A stretch of DNA of 64,000 nucleotides from Novakomyces olei. Lineage: Eukaryota. The stretch's first letter is position 1. Every line of letters begins with the position of its first letter. Below, piece by piece: positions 11,294 through 23,091 of this stretch. The notes beneath the pieces are model-generated. The model was not told the DNA's origin. It worked only from the letters and a program-made list of their open reading frames with translations, and ran no database searches. The translations under genes were made by a program, and so were the position numbers. The stretch is taken from contig JADEYG010000015.1 in the NCBI GenBank assembly GCA_016906335.1, forward strand, positions 372,001 through 436,000, given 5' to 3'.

Positions 11294-14200
11294 ATGGCGG
11301 CCGCGTCCACAGAGACCGGATCGTCTGTGCGATCAGTGCCGTACGCTTCAGCCGCTGCTGCTCCCGCTACAGCGCCGGCAAAAGCCTTTGCCGGCACAAA
11401 AGATCAGGTTGCTGTTGCGGTAATAGAGAACACTCCACCGCCAAGTCCCGTAGCCGAAGATCCACCACCGCCGCCGCCGGAAACGAAACCGGCCGACAAC
11501 AAGGCGCCCGTGTTTGTACGCGCTCTGCACGATTTTGTGCCATTGGACGCAGAGCTCGATGTCGCTGTCAATACTAATACTAATGACAATACTAATGGCA
11601 ATAATAACAGTGCCATTGGCGACGAGAGCGGCATTGAACCGCAGAGCCGGTGCGTCGCGTTAGAGCGCGGAATGGTTCTCGTGCTCCACGAGCTGCACGC
11701 GTCCGGTTGGGCGGACGGAACCGTAGTTTACCCCGCACTCGACGGCCCTGTGCGGGGCTGGTTCCCCGGCAATTACTGTGAGCCCTATCTGCCTCCAATC
11801 CTCTTTAGCCTGTGCGAGGCGACAGACGCGCTCGTTCAGCACGGCAACAGTGCCGGCCATGTGGCAAACATGGTCGGGGCAGTGCGTGTGCTCCTCCGGA
11901 GCATGCACTGCCTCGACCGGGACTCGGCTATCGTCCAGAGCAGTCCCGCTCTTGCCGCTGAGCGAAGGGCTCTCCTCCACGAGCTGGCGGCTATGGTCAG
12001 CGCCAGCCGGCAGCAGGCTCTCAATATAGACAAGCGGGGGCAGAGGGTATACATCTGCGCCCAGCGCGTAGTCGAGCAGGCGGCTCCGTTTGTCGATATT
12101 ACTGAGCAGGTCGCTGAGGGATTGGCCGCTGACGATACCGGGTCCCTCCACAGACGCTCTGCCAGCTCTGCCAGCGATGGCAATGGCACTCGCCATGGCC
12201 ATGGCCATGGCCATGGCAATAGTAATGGCAGTGGCAATAGTAATAGTAGTAATAATAGTAATGGCGCCACTTGTAGCAGGTCGGCGTCGAGTATGGCGAG
12301 CGTGGTGCTCCAGCAGGCCAACGAGACACTACTTGCTCATTTGGCTGCGTACATTGGCAACCTGCACTTGCAGACACACGCTCCACTCGAGCTCTACCGT
12401 GCCACAAAGCACGCTTCGCTTGTGGCCACTCAGCTGATTAATATCGTGGACAGAATATACATCAGGTACCGTGACGCTCACGTGGCCCGCAGCCGGAACC
12501 GATCACGGCAGGCTATCAACCACCTCGTGGAAGTAGCCCGCTCTTTCTTGCTGCCAAAGAATGGCTCCGGCACTTGCAATGCCGATGGCTCTTTGGCCGA
12601 CCGTCTGCCAGTCTCTCAGGAGACGATAAGCGCACAGTTGCTGGACGCTACTACTGCCTGTGTACGCACAATCGGAGCCAGCATGGCTTTTGTGCGCCAA
12701 GCGCTGGAGGAGCATGGAGATTTCGATATGCAGCTGGATTCCAGGATAGATAGGCGCCGCCACGATAAGGAGCTGCCTCCTAATCCGGGCCGGGACGGGG
12801 ACGCGGAGTCTGAAATTTATGGGCAAAGCGCCAAGAGTAGTAGTCCAGCGAATAACAATATGAATGCCAATACCAAACACAAAACGCGTGGCAGTACGGC
12901 TGATAGTTGTGCAGATAGCATTGCTGATGACAATATTAAAGAAGGGAAACAAACCAGCTTTGCACAGGAGCGAGAAGCAAACGACGAGGGCAGTGCGGAC
13001 GATACGATTACACTCCCGAAACAGGTCCCTCAAACGTACGACAGAAGAGTGTCGGCCGCGTCTGTGGGTGCTTCAGTACGCAGCTCCGAGGCAGTGAATA
13101 ACAACAACAACAACAACAATAACAATAACAGTAACAATAATAATATTAATATTAGTACAGCAAACAAAACTGCCGCTGGTCACAGGCTGAGCCATAGTAG
13201 TGCGGTGAGCCGCACTACTATGCCAGAGAATGGAGCACCCAAATTTGTTAAAGACATCTTGTACACGGCCGATGGCAAAATCAACGCGGCCACGCTTTAC
13301 TCGCTAGTCTGTATTCTGACAGATGTGTCACAGCCCCCAGAACCATCATTTTTAGCCACTTTTTTCACGACTTTTCGTCTTTTTTCGCGCTCGACAAGTG
13401 TGTGTGAGTGTTTGGTCCACCGGTTCAACGATGCAGAGGTATTGGCACTCGGCCCTAAAGCAATCCAGCCGGTAAGGTTACGTGTATTCAACACCTTCAA
13501 GTCTTGGATTGAAGCTTATTGGATCCACGCTCAAGACGAGGAGGCACTGCCCTTAATTGCAGAGTTTGCCAGTGCAACTTTGCAACCATGTTTGCCTACT
13601 GCGGGTAAAAAGCTGCAAGAACTGTGCAGTAGACTAACACAGTCCCGGACAGCACTGACCCCGAAATCCCGGCCGATCTGGGAGATCGAGGGCAATTCTT
13701 TGCAGCAAGAAATACCTCCTCGGCCTGCACCAATTGTAACGAAAACCTTGTTGATTCAGTTACGGCTGGGAGCAGCTTCATCGTCTGGGGCAAAAGCCGC
13801 TGGAGCCAGTCCGCTTTCCCCACTGTCTATTCTTGATATTGATCCATTAGAACTCGCCAGGCAAATTGCCCTCAAGGAAATGAAGATTTTCGCCAGTATT
13901 ACGGAGGAAGAATTGCTGCATCGCGGCGGCAATTCCTCCCGTCGGCACCGACGCTCCTCTCACTCCCACGTGAGAGCCATGTCTACTCTTAGTACAGACA
14001 TGACGTCATGGATAGCTACTTGTGTACTGGACGAATCTGACGCAAAACGACGGGCGGCAGTTATTAAAAGATGGATTAAGGTTGCTGACAAATGTTTCCA
14101 GCTGAGCAATTACAATGCACTAATGGCAATACTGTGTGCTTTAAACAGCTCTACAATTGCAAGACTGCGCAAGACTTGGGCAATGCTTCAGGGCAAGCAT

Positions 14201-14818
14201 AAGAATACTCTGGAAAAATTACGTGCCTGCACTGATCACAATCGAAATTATGCTGTCTACCGCCAGCAATTGCTCAAGGCGCCATTGCCCTGCCTGCCTT
14301 TTGTCGGTCTTTATTTGACAGATATGACCTTTGTCGATGAGGGGATTATGAGCTTTAAGCCTTCCTCCCGACTTAATAATAGTAATAATAGTAATACAAA
14401 TGGAAACGGCAGCCGGGCAGGATCTATCTCTGCTGCCAGTTCAGACGAGTCCAGCCTGGCTCACGGATTTGATGGGAAAAGTCTGGAGTCTCCAGAGTCC
14501 GGCCTTTGCCTTGTTAATTGGGACAAATGGGTTAAAACGTACAAGATCCTTTCTGCCTTCAAACGGTTTCAGTCGGTCCCGTACAATTTTGAAGAAGTTG
14601 AGGAAATTCAGGTTTGGTTGGATGCACAAATGATGAGAGTACACAAATTGGGACAAAGCTCAGTGGGCGATTTATGGCGAAGAAGTCTTGTTCTCGAGCC
14701 GAAGCAGCTGGAGAACGTAGTGCCCGCAAACGACCCTTTGTCAGGTCTTTTACGCGGAGTCGGTATGAGTCGGCGATCGACCTCTACCACTGACTCTTCC
14801 GGTCCAGCTGGAAATTGA
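11294..14818 (+). CDS. SH3-REM-CDC25 Ras-family guanine nucleotide exchange factor
   Basis: SH3 (VRALHDF...SGWADG...RGWFPGNY), RasGEF_N (FFTTFRLF, RLRVFNTFKSW) and CDC25 domain (ELARQIAL, NYNALMAILCALNSSTIARLRKTW, PCLPFVGLYLTDMTFVDEG). Confidence 0.93.
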   Translation: MAAASTETGSSVRSVPYASAAAAPATAPAKAFAGTKDQVAVAVIENTPPPSPVAEDPPPPPPETKPADNKAPVFVRALHDFVPLDAELDVAVNTNTNDNTNGNNNSAIGDESGIEPQSRCVALERGMVLVLHELHASGWADGTVVYPALDGPVRGWFPGNYCEPYLPPILFSLCEATDALVQHGNSAGHVANMVGAVRVLLRSMHCLDRDSAIVQSSPALAAERRALLHELAAMVSASRQQALNIDKRGQRVYICAQRVVEQAAPFVDITEQVAEGLAADDTGSLHRRSASSASDGNGTRHGHGHGHGNSNGSGNSNSSNNSNGATCSRSASSMASVVLQQANETLLAHLAAYIGNLHLQTHAPLELYRATKHASLVATQLINIVDRIYIRYRDAHVARSRNRSRQAINHLVEVARSFLLPKNGSGTCNADGSLADRLPVSQETISAQLLDATTACVRTIGASMAFVRQALEEHGDFDMQLDSRIDRRRHDKELPPNPGRDGDAESEIYGQSAKSSSPANNNMNANTKHKTRGSTADSCADSIADDNIKEGKQTSFAQEREANDEGSADDTITLPKQVPQTYDRRVSAASVGASVRSSEAVNNNNNNNNNNNSNNNNINISTANKTAAGHRLSHSSAVSRTTMPENGAPKFVKDILYTADGKINAATLYSLVCILTDVSQPPEPSFLATFFTTFRLFSRSTSVCECLVHRFNDAEVLALGPKAIQPVRLRVFNTFKSWIEAYWIHAQDEEALPLIAEFASATLQPCLPTAGKKLQELCSRLTQSRTALTPKSRPIWEIEGNSLQQEIPPRPAPIVTKTLLIQLRLGAASSSGAKAAGASPLSPLSILDIDPLELARQIALKEMKIFASITEEELLHRGGNSSRRHRRSSHSHVRAMSTLSTDMTSWIATCVLDESDAKRRAAVIKRWIKVADKCFQLSNYNALMAILCALNSSTIARLRKTWAMLQGKHKNTLEKLRACTDHNRNYAVYRQQLLKAPLPCLPFVGLYLTDMTFVDEGIMSFKPSSRLNNSNNSNTNGNGSRAGSISAASSDESSLAHGFDGKSLESPESGLCLVNWDKWVKTYKILSAFKRFQSVPYNFEEVEEIQVWLDAQMMRVHKLGQSSVGDLWRRSLVLEPKQLENVVPANDPLSGLLRGVGMSRRSTSTTDSSGPAGN

Positions 14819-15124
14819 TTCTGGCTAGGATTTGGTGAATTATTATTTTTGTTTATTTTTTTCATACCATTATCTATCATTATTATTATTATTTTATATC
14901 GCTTTGCCGTAATTACGTTTTGGCTGCTTGAAAAGGGGATTAGAGCCTTGCCACATGGTTGTGTTGTGTCAATGTCAGAGCATATAATGTACGGAATAGT
15001 GAGTTGCCGTGATTTTATTTTTATTTTTGTGTCAATTTTCAATTTTATTTCTACTTTAGCTATATATCGTTTATTTTCAATTTCCTTTTTGCGGATTATG
15101 TCTTCGGCTTGGCGTTACCTTGTT

Positions 15125-15332
15125 CCTTGCCGCTGGAATCATATTTGTGACGGTATTTGGGTTTTTGGCTTTAGCTTTGGATGCCGTCATTGGTGTTGTA
15201 TATAAGAGTACTTACTAGAAGTCTGTTATTTTGTTTAGAGTCAAAGTAAGGTTAGAATCACCAATAAGCAGGTACCTCTCTTCCAATAAGAAGCGACGCG
15301 TAGATTCTATTTTCCCGTTAGTCTCTACAGCA
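15125..15332 (+). ncRNA. Candidate H/ACA-type snoRNA (weak)
   Basis: Stem GTGACGGTATTT/GGATGCCGTCAT with H-box AGAGTA (15205) 14 nt downstream. A second hairpin AGAG..TAGAATC/GATTCTA..CTCT is followed directly by ACA (15327). Confidence 0.35.
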
Positions 15333-15335
15333 CTA

Positions 15336-15444
<109 letters not shown>

Positions 15445-15594
15445 GCAATAATGATAATAAAAATAACACATTAGTGATAGATAATCTCCATACGTCGGGA
15501 TATACAGAATACTTTTTGCTTTAATTATGGCAGAGAGTAAAATATTATCATTATCATTTAGAGGCAGCGCTTTTCCACGACTGCATTAGTGGAA

Positions 15595-16141
15595 ATGGCC
15601 AACAAAAAGAAACGAGACTCTGACGAAAAAGTGAATAAGAAAAGCACAAAAAAAACGGAGGTACCTGCTTGCAATATGAAATCTTTATACTGATTTTTGA
15701 GATTGATGAGCGTGGCCTCAATATACCAAAGTTGAACACGAGCGGCGAGCCGCAAGGAATTATTAAGCGGCGAGGCAAAAAGGGCAAAACGTTTGCCCAA
15801 GACAAGGTTTGATCTATCCTTAATTTCTAATTGAATTTTCATATTTTTTCGATTACGAAGATTCTAACAATTGGTTTCAGGATGTTTTACTTCGGATTTT
15901 AGCACAAGTGAGCGACGAAAAGGAAGGCCACATCAAATCGAAACTACAAAGAGCCCATGAGCTTGAAAAAATCCGGGAACTGAAGCGCAAAGAACAAGAC
16001 GCCAAAGACACTCAGAAAAAGGAAAAGCTTGATTCTGCAAAGGCAAGTTTAACGAAAAAGAATCGTAAAACGAGTGCTAGTCTAGAGCCCACGAAGCCGG
16101 CAGAGTCTGGTAAAACGAAAAAGGTATCATTTTCACGGTAA
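15595..16141 (+). CDS. LOC1: 60S ribosome assembly factor Loc1 (3 exons)
   Basis: Spliced translation MANKKKRD.../IDERGLNIPKLN..RGKKGKTF/..LRILAQV..SKLQRAHELEKIRELKRKE matches my recollection of the Loc1 pattern. Confidence 0.75.
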
Positions 16142-16426
16142 TGCTGGCCTAAATGCGTGTGTATAATTATGGGCTTTTCGTTTAGCTAGTTAAATATTGG
16201 AATAATTTGGATCTGTTTTGACGCCTTTCTGTGTTCTCATATATTATTAATCAGATCTATGGATGGATAATCAGAATTGAAATAACTTTTAAACAGCCAA
16301 AACTATAATAAACATAGTCTTCCAATTTTTCCAACTTTTAAAAGCTCTTTATTGTCTACTCAAGAGTGTCTGGGTAAGCTTCTATAGTATTGATATTGAT
16401 GATCATAAATATATTACATTTTGTTA

Positions 16427-18314
16427 TCAGTCGTTGGCACAGTTCTCCATGATACACTGCTTGAGCCTCTCCTCTACTGCCTGTGGACTAAACTTGCCTC
16501 TTGATCTCCGCATTACCTGGCCCATTAAGAACTTTAGGACTTTGGCTTCACCCGCACGGAAAGACTCGGCTTCTTTACTGTATTCCGATAAAACTTGACT
16601 CACAGCCTTTTGCATTTGGGTATCGTCTCGCTGCAAAAACAAATTTTCTTCCTTTACAATTTGCAATGGTTCTCGAACATCACCATCGGCTAATTTTATT
16701 TCCAGCACTTTTCTCGCTGTCTCTCTCGCTATTTCGTTTTTTTGCAGCATTTGGAAAAGTTGGACAAATTGTGCCGGTAAAAGATTTATATGAGAAAAAT
16801 CCCGATCTTGTTTTAAAATTGCAAAAACGTCTTGCACAATCCTGAACATTAGAAACTGTGTACGAAGGAGTCGCTGTAGCAAAGACCAAAATAAAACTCA
16901 GTATTCAACAATTCAAATAATTATCAAATAATATAATTATTTGTATATTTGTATATAATAATTATGGAGTCATCATATATTTACACAACATACCAATTAG
17001 TCACGCCTCGAACAGTCTTTCTATCCTTTTCGACATGAGCGAGAACAGACATGAAAAATTCGTACACTCCCTCAGGAGCAATTGATCTTGCGTCTTTTAG
17101 AGAAAGTAAGTACGGTGCTCCCGTCAAGATATCCAGCTTTTCGTCTGTGAGTAGAGGTAGACTACTGCTTACTGCCTCAACAAAGCTCGGAAGCAATTTG
17201 ACAACGGGAACATCTGGATCTGGCATATACTGGTAGTCTAATGACTGTTCCTTGTTGCGAATAAAATATGTACAAGATTTAAGCAGATCAAATCCTCGCG
17301 TTTCAAAAGCTGGACGGCTCCACGAATCAAATCCAGATTCAACGCCCTTTCCTTCATCTACTTGAGTAGCAATCAAGGCTGCCTTTAAACGATCATATTC
17401 GTAATCCACAGCAATTGCAGCGCCCCTTACGGTAGCCACGTTTTTAACCTCGCTTCGAGCCCAAACTCTAGGGTCTTGCTGACTGTGTACGGATACATTT
17501 ATGTCACATCGGAGTCCACCGGCCTCGAGTAAAGCGTCACTGGCACCAACGTCCCGAAGAATCCTTTGTATTCTTGCTAGGGCTGCTGAAGTCGCCACTG
17601 CACAAGGAATAGTAGGAGCCGTTACTATCTCAATTAGAGGTGCACCCGCTCGATTGAAGTCTACAAGAGTGACATTATCCTCATACGAGCTCGAACCCGT
17701 GTCCTTTCCATTAGCGAAAATTGCGAAGAACATAAAAAAATAGACGACAAAAAACTATACTACAATTAAAAGATTAAAAATTAAAAGCAGACGATGAATA
17801 ATTTCGTTCATTATTTAGAAAGGGCAGTATTAATATCTTTTGTCGTCAACGTCAACAATAAACAGCAAACATTAATTGCTTAGAGAATAATATAGACTTC
17901 GCATACCTGCTCCAGCTGCAAGTGGGTTATATCCACCACTAGCGGATTAGCATATTTGCCCGCAAGATCACGAGTGGGCAATAGTAATTTACCACGCTCC
18001 CCCAATGGACAATATTTTTGTGTAATTTGATAACCGTTGGGCTGATCATGGTAAAAATAATGTTTCCGATCAAACGTGCTCCTCTTTGATAAAGAGCAGC
18101 CCAGAGCCAAGGCAGCCCGAGACGCTAAAAGTACTGCGCTTTTATTGAGTAAAGGCTGACTACCGGGGAGCGCTAAATCGAAATACGCAAGCGTACTGTT
18201 TGCAGGGCTGTTTAAATCAGGTAAAGGGGCCCTTGAGAATAATTTTTGTTGGGTGCGCAATAAAGCATGCACCTCCAAACCCACGCGTAAAGCATAAGTG
18301 CCAAAATTCGTCAT
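16427..18314 (-). CDS. PET112: Mitochondrial Glu-tRNA(Gln) amidotransferase subunit B (at least 3 exons; 5' end uncertain)
   Basis: Motifs VGLEVH, DLALPGSQP, FDRKHYFYHDQPNGYQITQ, QLEQD, VDFNRAGAPLIEIV, LRCDINVS, YQYMPDPD and FLMGQVMRRSRGK. Confidence 0.93.
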
Positions 18315-19003
18315 GTCCGGCTCATCCTGGCATTAAAAATAATTCTTTAGATCTAAGCTTAGCCGGTAAAAGCAGTCTAATGTAACTTTCAACCGTAATA
18401 GTCCACGTATTCCGTAATCAAACGAAGCCAAGCAGCGATGAAAGAATAGAGATCTAAAAAATATAGAAAGTATGAGAGCGAGCAGGAGAGAATATGGTAG
18501 AGAAATCAAAAAATCGGAAAAAGATTTTGACTACGAATAAAAATCTGATCAAATAGTCCAATAGCAACAAAGCTTCTGTGGCCTCAGCGCGAGCTTTAGC
18601 GACTAGATTCCTTTCCGTGGGCCTTAATCTTTATTGAATAATCTGCCTTGGCTGTGCCGCGAACGTTACAATACCGCTTCAAGCAGACCAGTTGAATCGC
18701 TCTTGACTTATACTGTAGACCAACAGACCAAGTCTCCTTCTCATCAATTGAGCTCGCTTCTTACAGCCAATCTGAAGATTGATTCGAGACTTAAGTAGGC
18801 CGGGTCGTGCTTATACGCAAATCAGGCGCACAGATTTATCCTTAAATTAAGATAGCCAAACACAGTCTTACTTTTAGTTTAATACTGATAGAAAGAAAAC
18901 CCTGTTCACAAGTCACGTGCACGCGATCGGCTGTTTATTAAATTAACAAGCGCGCTAGAACGCGTCTTTAGCACTATATAATTGCTGACCGGATCAAATC
19001 CTG

Positions 19004-21198
19004 ATGGGAGCGGCCGAGATTGTGAGTGATGGTACGGCCACGTTGAAAGCTGCAGCAGAAGCGTCACGTACCACAAACAAAATTGTTGCCTTGTCTTGGC
19101 ATTTATGTGAAATATACGCAGACGCTGCTCTAAAGATATACAACGCTTTCAGAGCAAAAGAGCTTCCTCGCGAATACTACGAGAGTGTGCTTACTGCTTG
19201 CCGACTGTTGGACACCTGTGTCGTATGTCTGTGTAAAATTATATAGCTCTCTAACAGATAGTCTTTGAACACGGATGTCGTGGTTGAGGCGCGTACAAGG
19301 CTAAAGTACGCTCAATTGCTGCTTCAGCACACAAAGGAGTACAAGCGAGCAGAAATGCATTTGATTCGAGGAGTAAGCTTTGCCGAGAATAGAGGAGAAC
19401 AATACAACTAATATTCAAATCAATCTCTCATTCAATACTGATTTTGCAGCTAAATATAACGTCTACCGTGGTATTTACCCTCCGCTATTGGCCATGCTGA
19501 CCGTTAGACGTCCCTACGCACGTTGAACTACCAATTCAAATTTACTTTGTTGTCCTTGAATCGAGATTATAGGCGCAAAGCTTCGCCACGCGTCTTTGAG
19601 ACGTATATCCTGGAGGCCGCAAGGTAGTCTTGATCATATAAATGAAATAACAAAACGAATTCAGCAAATATTTTTTGCTCACTAATACTGAAGGGAGGGG
19701 GAACACCGGTGGGAAGCGCTTTTTCTTCTTTTGCATGTCACATCTGAGCTGGCAGAAGTGCGAGAAGCGGCCGTGTGTGGAGCTTGTACTAGACTGGAAG
19801 AAATAGCAGGTTTAGCCTCACAACCTGTCCTTAAACCGCTTGCAAAGATTATTCGACTGCATTATTATTTGCTCAAAGGCGATTATGACCATTTTGTTGA
19901 TTTAGGGCAAGATGACATTTCGCTGATTTGTGGGGACGTGGGAATTTGCTCAAAGCTTGAGCAGTGTGTCTTGATCCTAAAGTTTATTTGTTGCTGCCTC
20001 ACTGGAGAGAGTGAAAACGCATTTGGTGCTCTAGAAGAGCTGGCCAAACTGTTAAGCGTGGACGAGAGCAAAAATTGCACAGCCTTTTTGCTCGATTGTG
20101 ATGGAGCAAACAGTTTTATCGAGAACCTGAGCTCACAAATATTTACAGGAATATACAGATTGGCTCATTCATTCATGACCTTGAAATGCCTATTCATGCA
20201 AGATAAACTTGTCGAAATCGAGCATTCAAATTACATTTGGGGTATTTCATTTAATTGGACTTAGCTGGCCAAATCGGCTCGTCTCTACATGCTAATTGCT
20301 AGGTACCTGTTTAGCCCTGCCTTCCGATTCTTATCTAAATTCGCTCTATGACTCTATCTCTTCGAGGTTTACGATACTGCAAGGCTTACAGACGCTGAGT
20401 CAAGGAAATGTTTCAAGGGCGATTACACTCTTGCAAACATCCCAAAAAACGAGCCTCGCTTCTTCTTTTAAGCACGCCAATTTACCATTATTGGCATTTG
20501 CTCGTGCAGCGCTATTGCAAGTATCAGGAGACATAGCAAAAGCTCAAGATATATATGAGCAACTTGAAAGGTTCTCAAAAGACTATGAACAACTAGGAAA
20601 ACTGTGCTTAAGTCAGTTTAATAGCAACGACTTGGAGCTACAACCACTCCCAAAAAACAACCGCGCGGCTTCTGTAGCTGCCGAGTTTTTCGCAGTTTGG
20701 CGCCTTAACGACGTCGTACGTGCGCGCTCAATATTGTATGAAATCGAGCTTGAATCGACCAAATTGCAATACACTGCTCTTAAATGTATGGCACTATCTG
20801 CCCTTGCAGACAAGTTCAAGCATACTGCACAGCCTGATCAATTACTAAAACTATACCTTGCTGGCTATCAGACGGCAGTTCGGGCAAAGCTATTGATCTG
20901 GCAGTTTCACTTTGGAATGGCGGTTCAAGGTAAGCATTCAATGACGGTTTTAATGGGTGTCTTTGGCTTCTTATTGAAGCTAGGCTTCACTTCCTTACAT
21001 TTTGTTTTGGTTTGGTAACATCCACATTATAATCCCGGATCTTCTGTTGAAAAATGCGCTCTTTCACAAAACTAACCATCAGAATTACTGAACAAAATGG
21101 AGATGAAAGCAAAAGCAAAAGCCATGCAGGAACGTAATGGGCTCTGCTTTAAGGATCTGATGAGAAATGCTAATGTACCGATTCCTGCGGATATTTAG
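19004..21198 (+). CDS. ssl3: Cohesin loader subunit Scc4/Ssl3/MAU2-like (multi-exon)
   Basis: EARTRLKYAQLLLQHTKEYKRAEMHLIRG and YYESVLTACRLL resemble the cohesin-loading-factor N-terminus. The rest is helical and TPR-like, and GT-AG introns join the fragment ORFs. Confidence 0.65.
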
Positions 21199-21642
21199 AT
21201 GCACGTGGATTAAGATACCCGGAAATGTAGCAATGATACGTTTGATAATTGTCTAATTGTTTTTTAAATACTATTAGTTTGATAAAAAATTGTACTGTGG
21301 TTAAAACCAAACGCGCTTTTTAAGACCTGATCAAACAATGCCCAAACGTAAAGGGGCAGTAGCGGAAATAAAAAGGAGCAAAGCGGAAAAACGGCAAGAC
21401 GCAATGAAAGAGATCAACAATGAACAAACAATAATAATACCAAGGAGAAAAACAAAAGACTCTCCTTTCACAATTAGGCAGCTTAAAACGAAAATGAACA
21501 AGGCCGCACTTGCAGATTTAAGCCAACAAACCACAATGACAAAAACCAATTGTTGTGGGTATTAATAGACATTCAAGAGGAATTAATAATTAAAAAAATC
21601 CTGTAAATTTGACAGATAATTGCGATACTAAGCTGCAATCGT

Positions 21643-22086
21643 CTAGTTGCCAAGCCCACGAATACGACGCGCCAGGCGCATATCCTTTTGCATAATAGTT
21701 ACGCGTTTCGCATGTAAGGCGCAGAGATTTGTATCCTCAAACAGATGGACAAGATAAGCTTCTGTTGCTTCTTGTAAGCACATTATAGCCGACGACTGCC
21801 ATCGCACTCCGTAGTCTGTCCCGAGAGCGTTCCCCACATAATCAAAGGCAATTTCGCGAACGACCCGAGCAAAAGGCAATTTTCGCATTAAAAGATTCGT
21901 AGTTCGCTGGTATTTCCGGATTTCTCGTAATGCAACAGTCCCCGGTTTGAATCTATGAGGTTTTGCTTGCCTCTCATTCGTATTTTGGACATTTCTAGTC
22001 GGCTGTTTGCCCGATCGCGAAATTGGCGTTTGAATACTGCTTTTCCGACGACGCGCAACCGGGCGCCGAACAGGCGTATCTGCCAT
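21643..22086 (-). CDS. cnp1: Centromeric histone H3 variant CENP-A
   Basis: H3 fold with a divergent N-tail, extended loop 1 ([20 protein letters not shown]) and [25 protein letters not shown]. First in-frame ATG is at 22086. Confidence 0.93.
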   Translation of the reverse strand: MADTPVRRPVARRRKSSIQTPISRSGKQPTRNVQNTNERQAKPHRFKPGTVALREIRKYQRTTNLLMRKLPFARVVREIAFDYVGNALGTDYGVRWQSSAIMCLQEATEAYLVHLFEDTNLCALHAKRVTIMQKDMRLARRIRGLGN

Positions 22087-22448
22087 TGAGGCAAATTGGC
22101 GATTCAATGACTAAATGTTTATATAATGGACACCATTCAATCCGTAAATCGGCACTTGGAGACAGACAAAGTGTTGCGGGCTTTATTGTTTTATTTATTA
22201 ATTATCTTTTGCATTATCTTCCCCTTTTCTTCATTATAATCGACGCGTGGCTGGCAATCCCCAATGTAGAGAGATTGAAAAAGTTTATGATCTAAGAGAT
22301 TGGACAGACAATGCAAGTATTCAAAGGACAATTTTTAGGCAGATACGATGCGAATAAGAGGGTACAGTCGATCGCTTCAGTCGGCAGTCTGGCTATGTTC
22401 ATTTGAGGATTCAGATCAGCAGAGGTACTTTGCCTAGTTATTGTATTT

Positions 22449-22632
<184 letters not shown>

Positions 22633-22876
22633 GTCAATGTCTCATCGCATCTAATGTGGAACTGATAATGCATCCTGTCTAGTGTCTTGTCCAAAGGTTG
22701 CGAAGGAAATACTCATCGTAAAATACAATTTTAGAGTGTACTAACATAAAATTAATTTTTACAGGAAATGTTCTATAGCACAAATCAAGTCCAACGCTGC
22801 ACCTTTTATACTAGTCTTGACAACTCGTTAAATATATTTGTACTAAGAAATCAGTGACTTGACTAATAAGGAGGAC

Positions 22877-22935
22877 GTTGAGAGTAAGAGGGTTGAGAGT
22901 AAGAGGGTTGAGAGTAAGAAGGTTTGAGAGTTAAG
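22877..22935. repeat. 15-bp tandem repeat (GTTGAGAGTAAGAGG), about 3-4 copies
   Basis: Visible upstream of the derlin gene. Confidence 0.85.
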
Positions 22936-23091
22936 ACAGCTGCAAGTTAAAAGTTTAAAAGTATCAAGCGACACTTTTGTTAAAAGTAAAGGGAGGCCGG
23001 ACTCGAGTGGACGTGTCTCGTTACTGGCAAGACCCAAAGTTACAACTGCCTTTTTGTTGTAACACTGTACAGTCGATTTAACACGTAGGCG

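Noticed and set aside
21338..21565. 75-aa Lys-rich ORF between ssl3 and cnp1
   Set aside because: It has no recognisable domain and is probably the A-rich complement of the cnp1 3' UTR.
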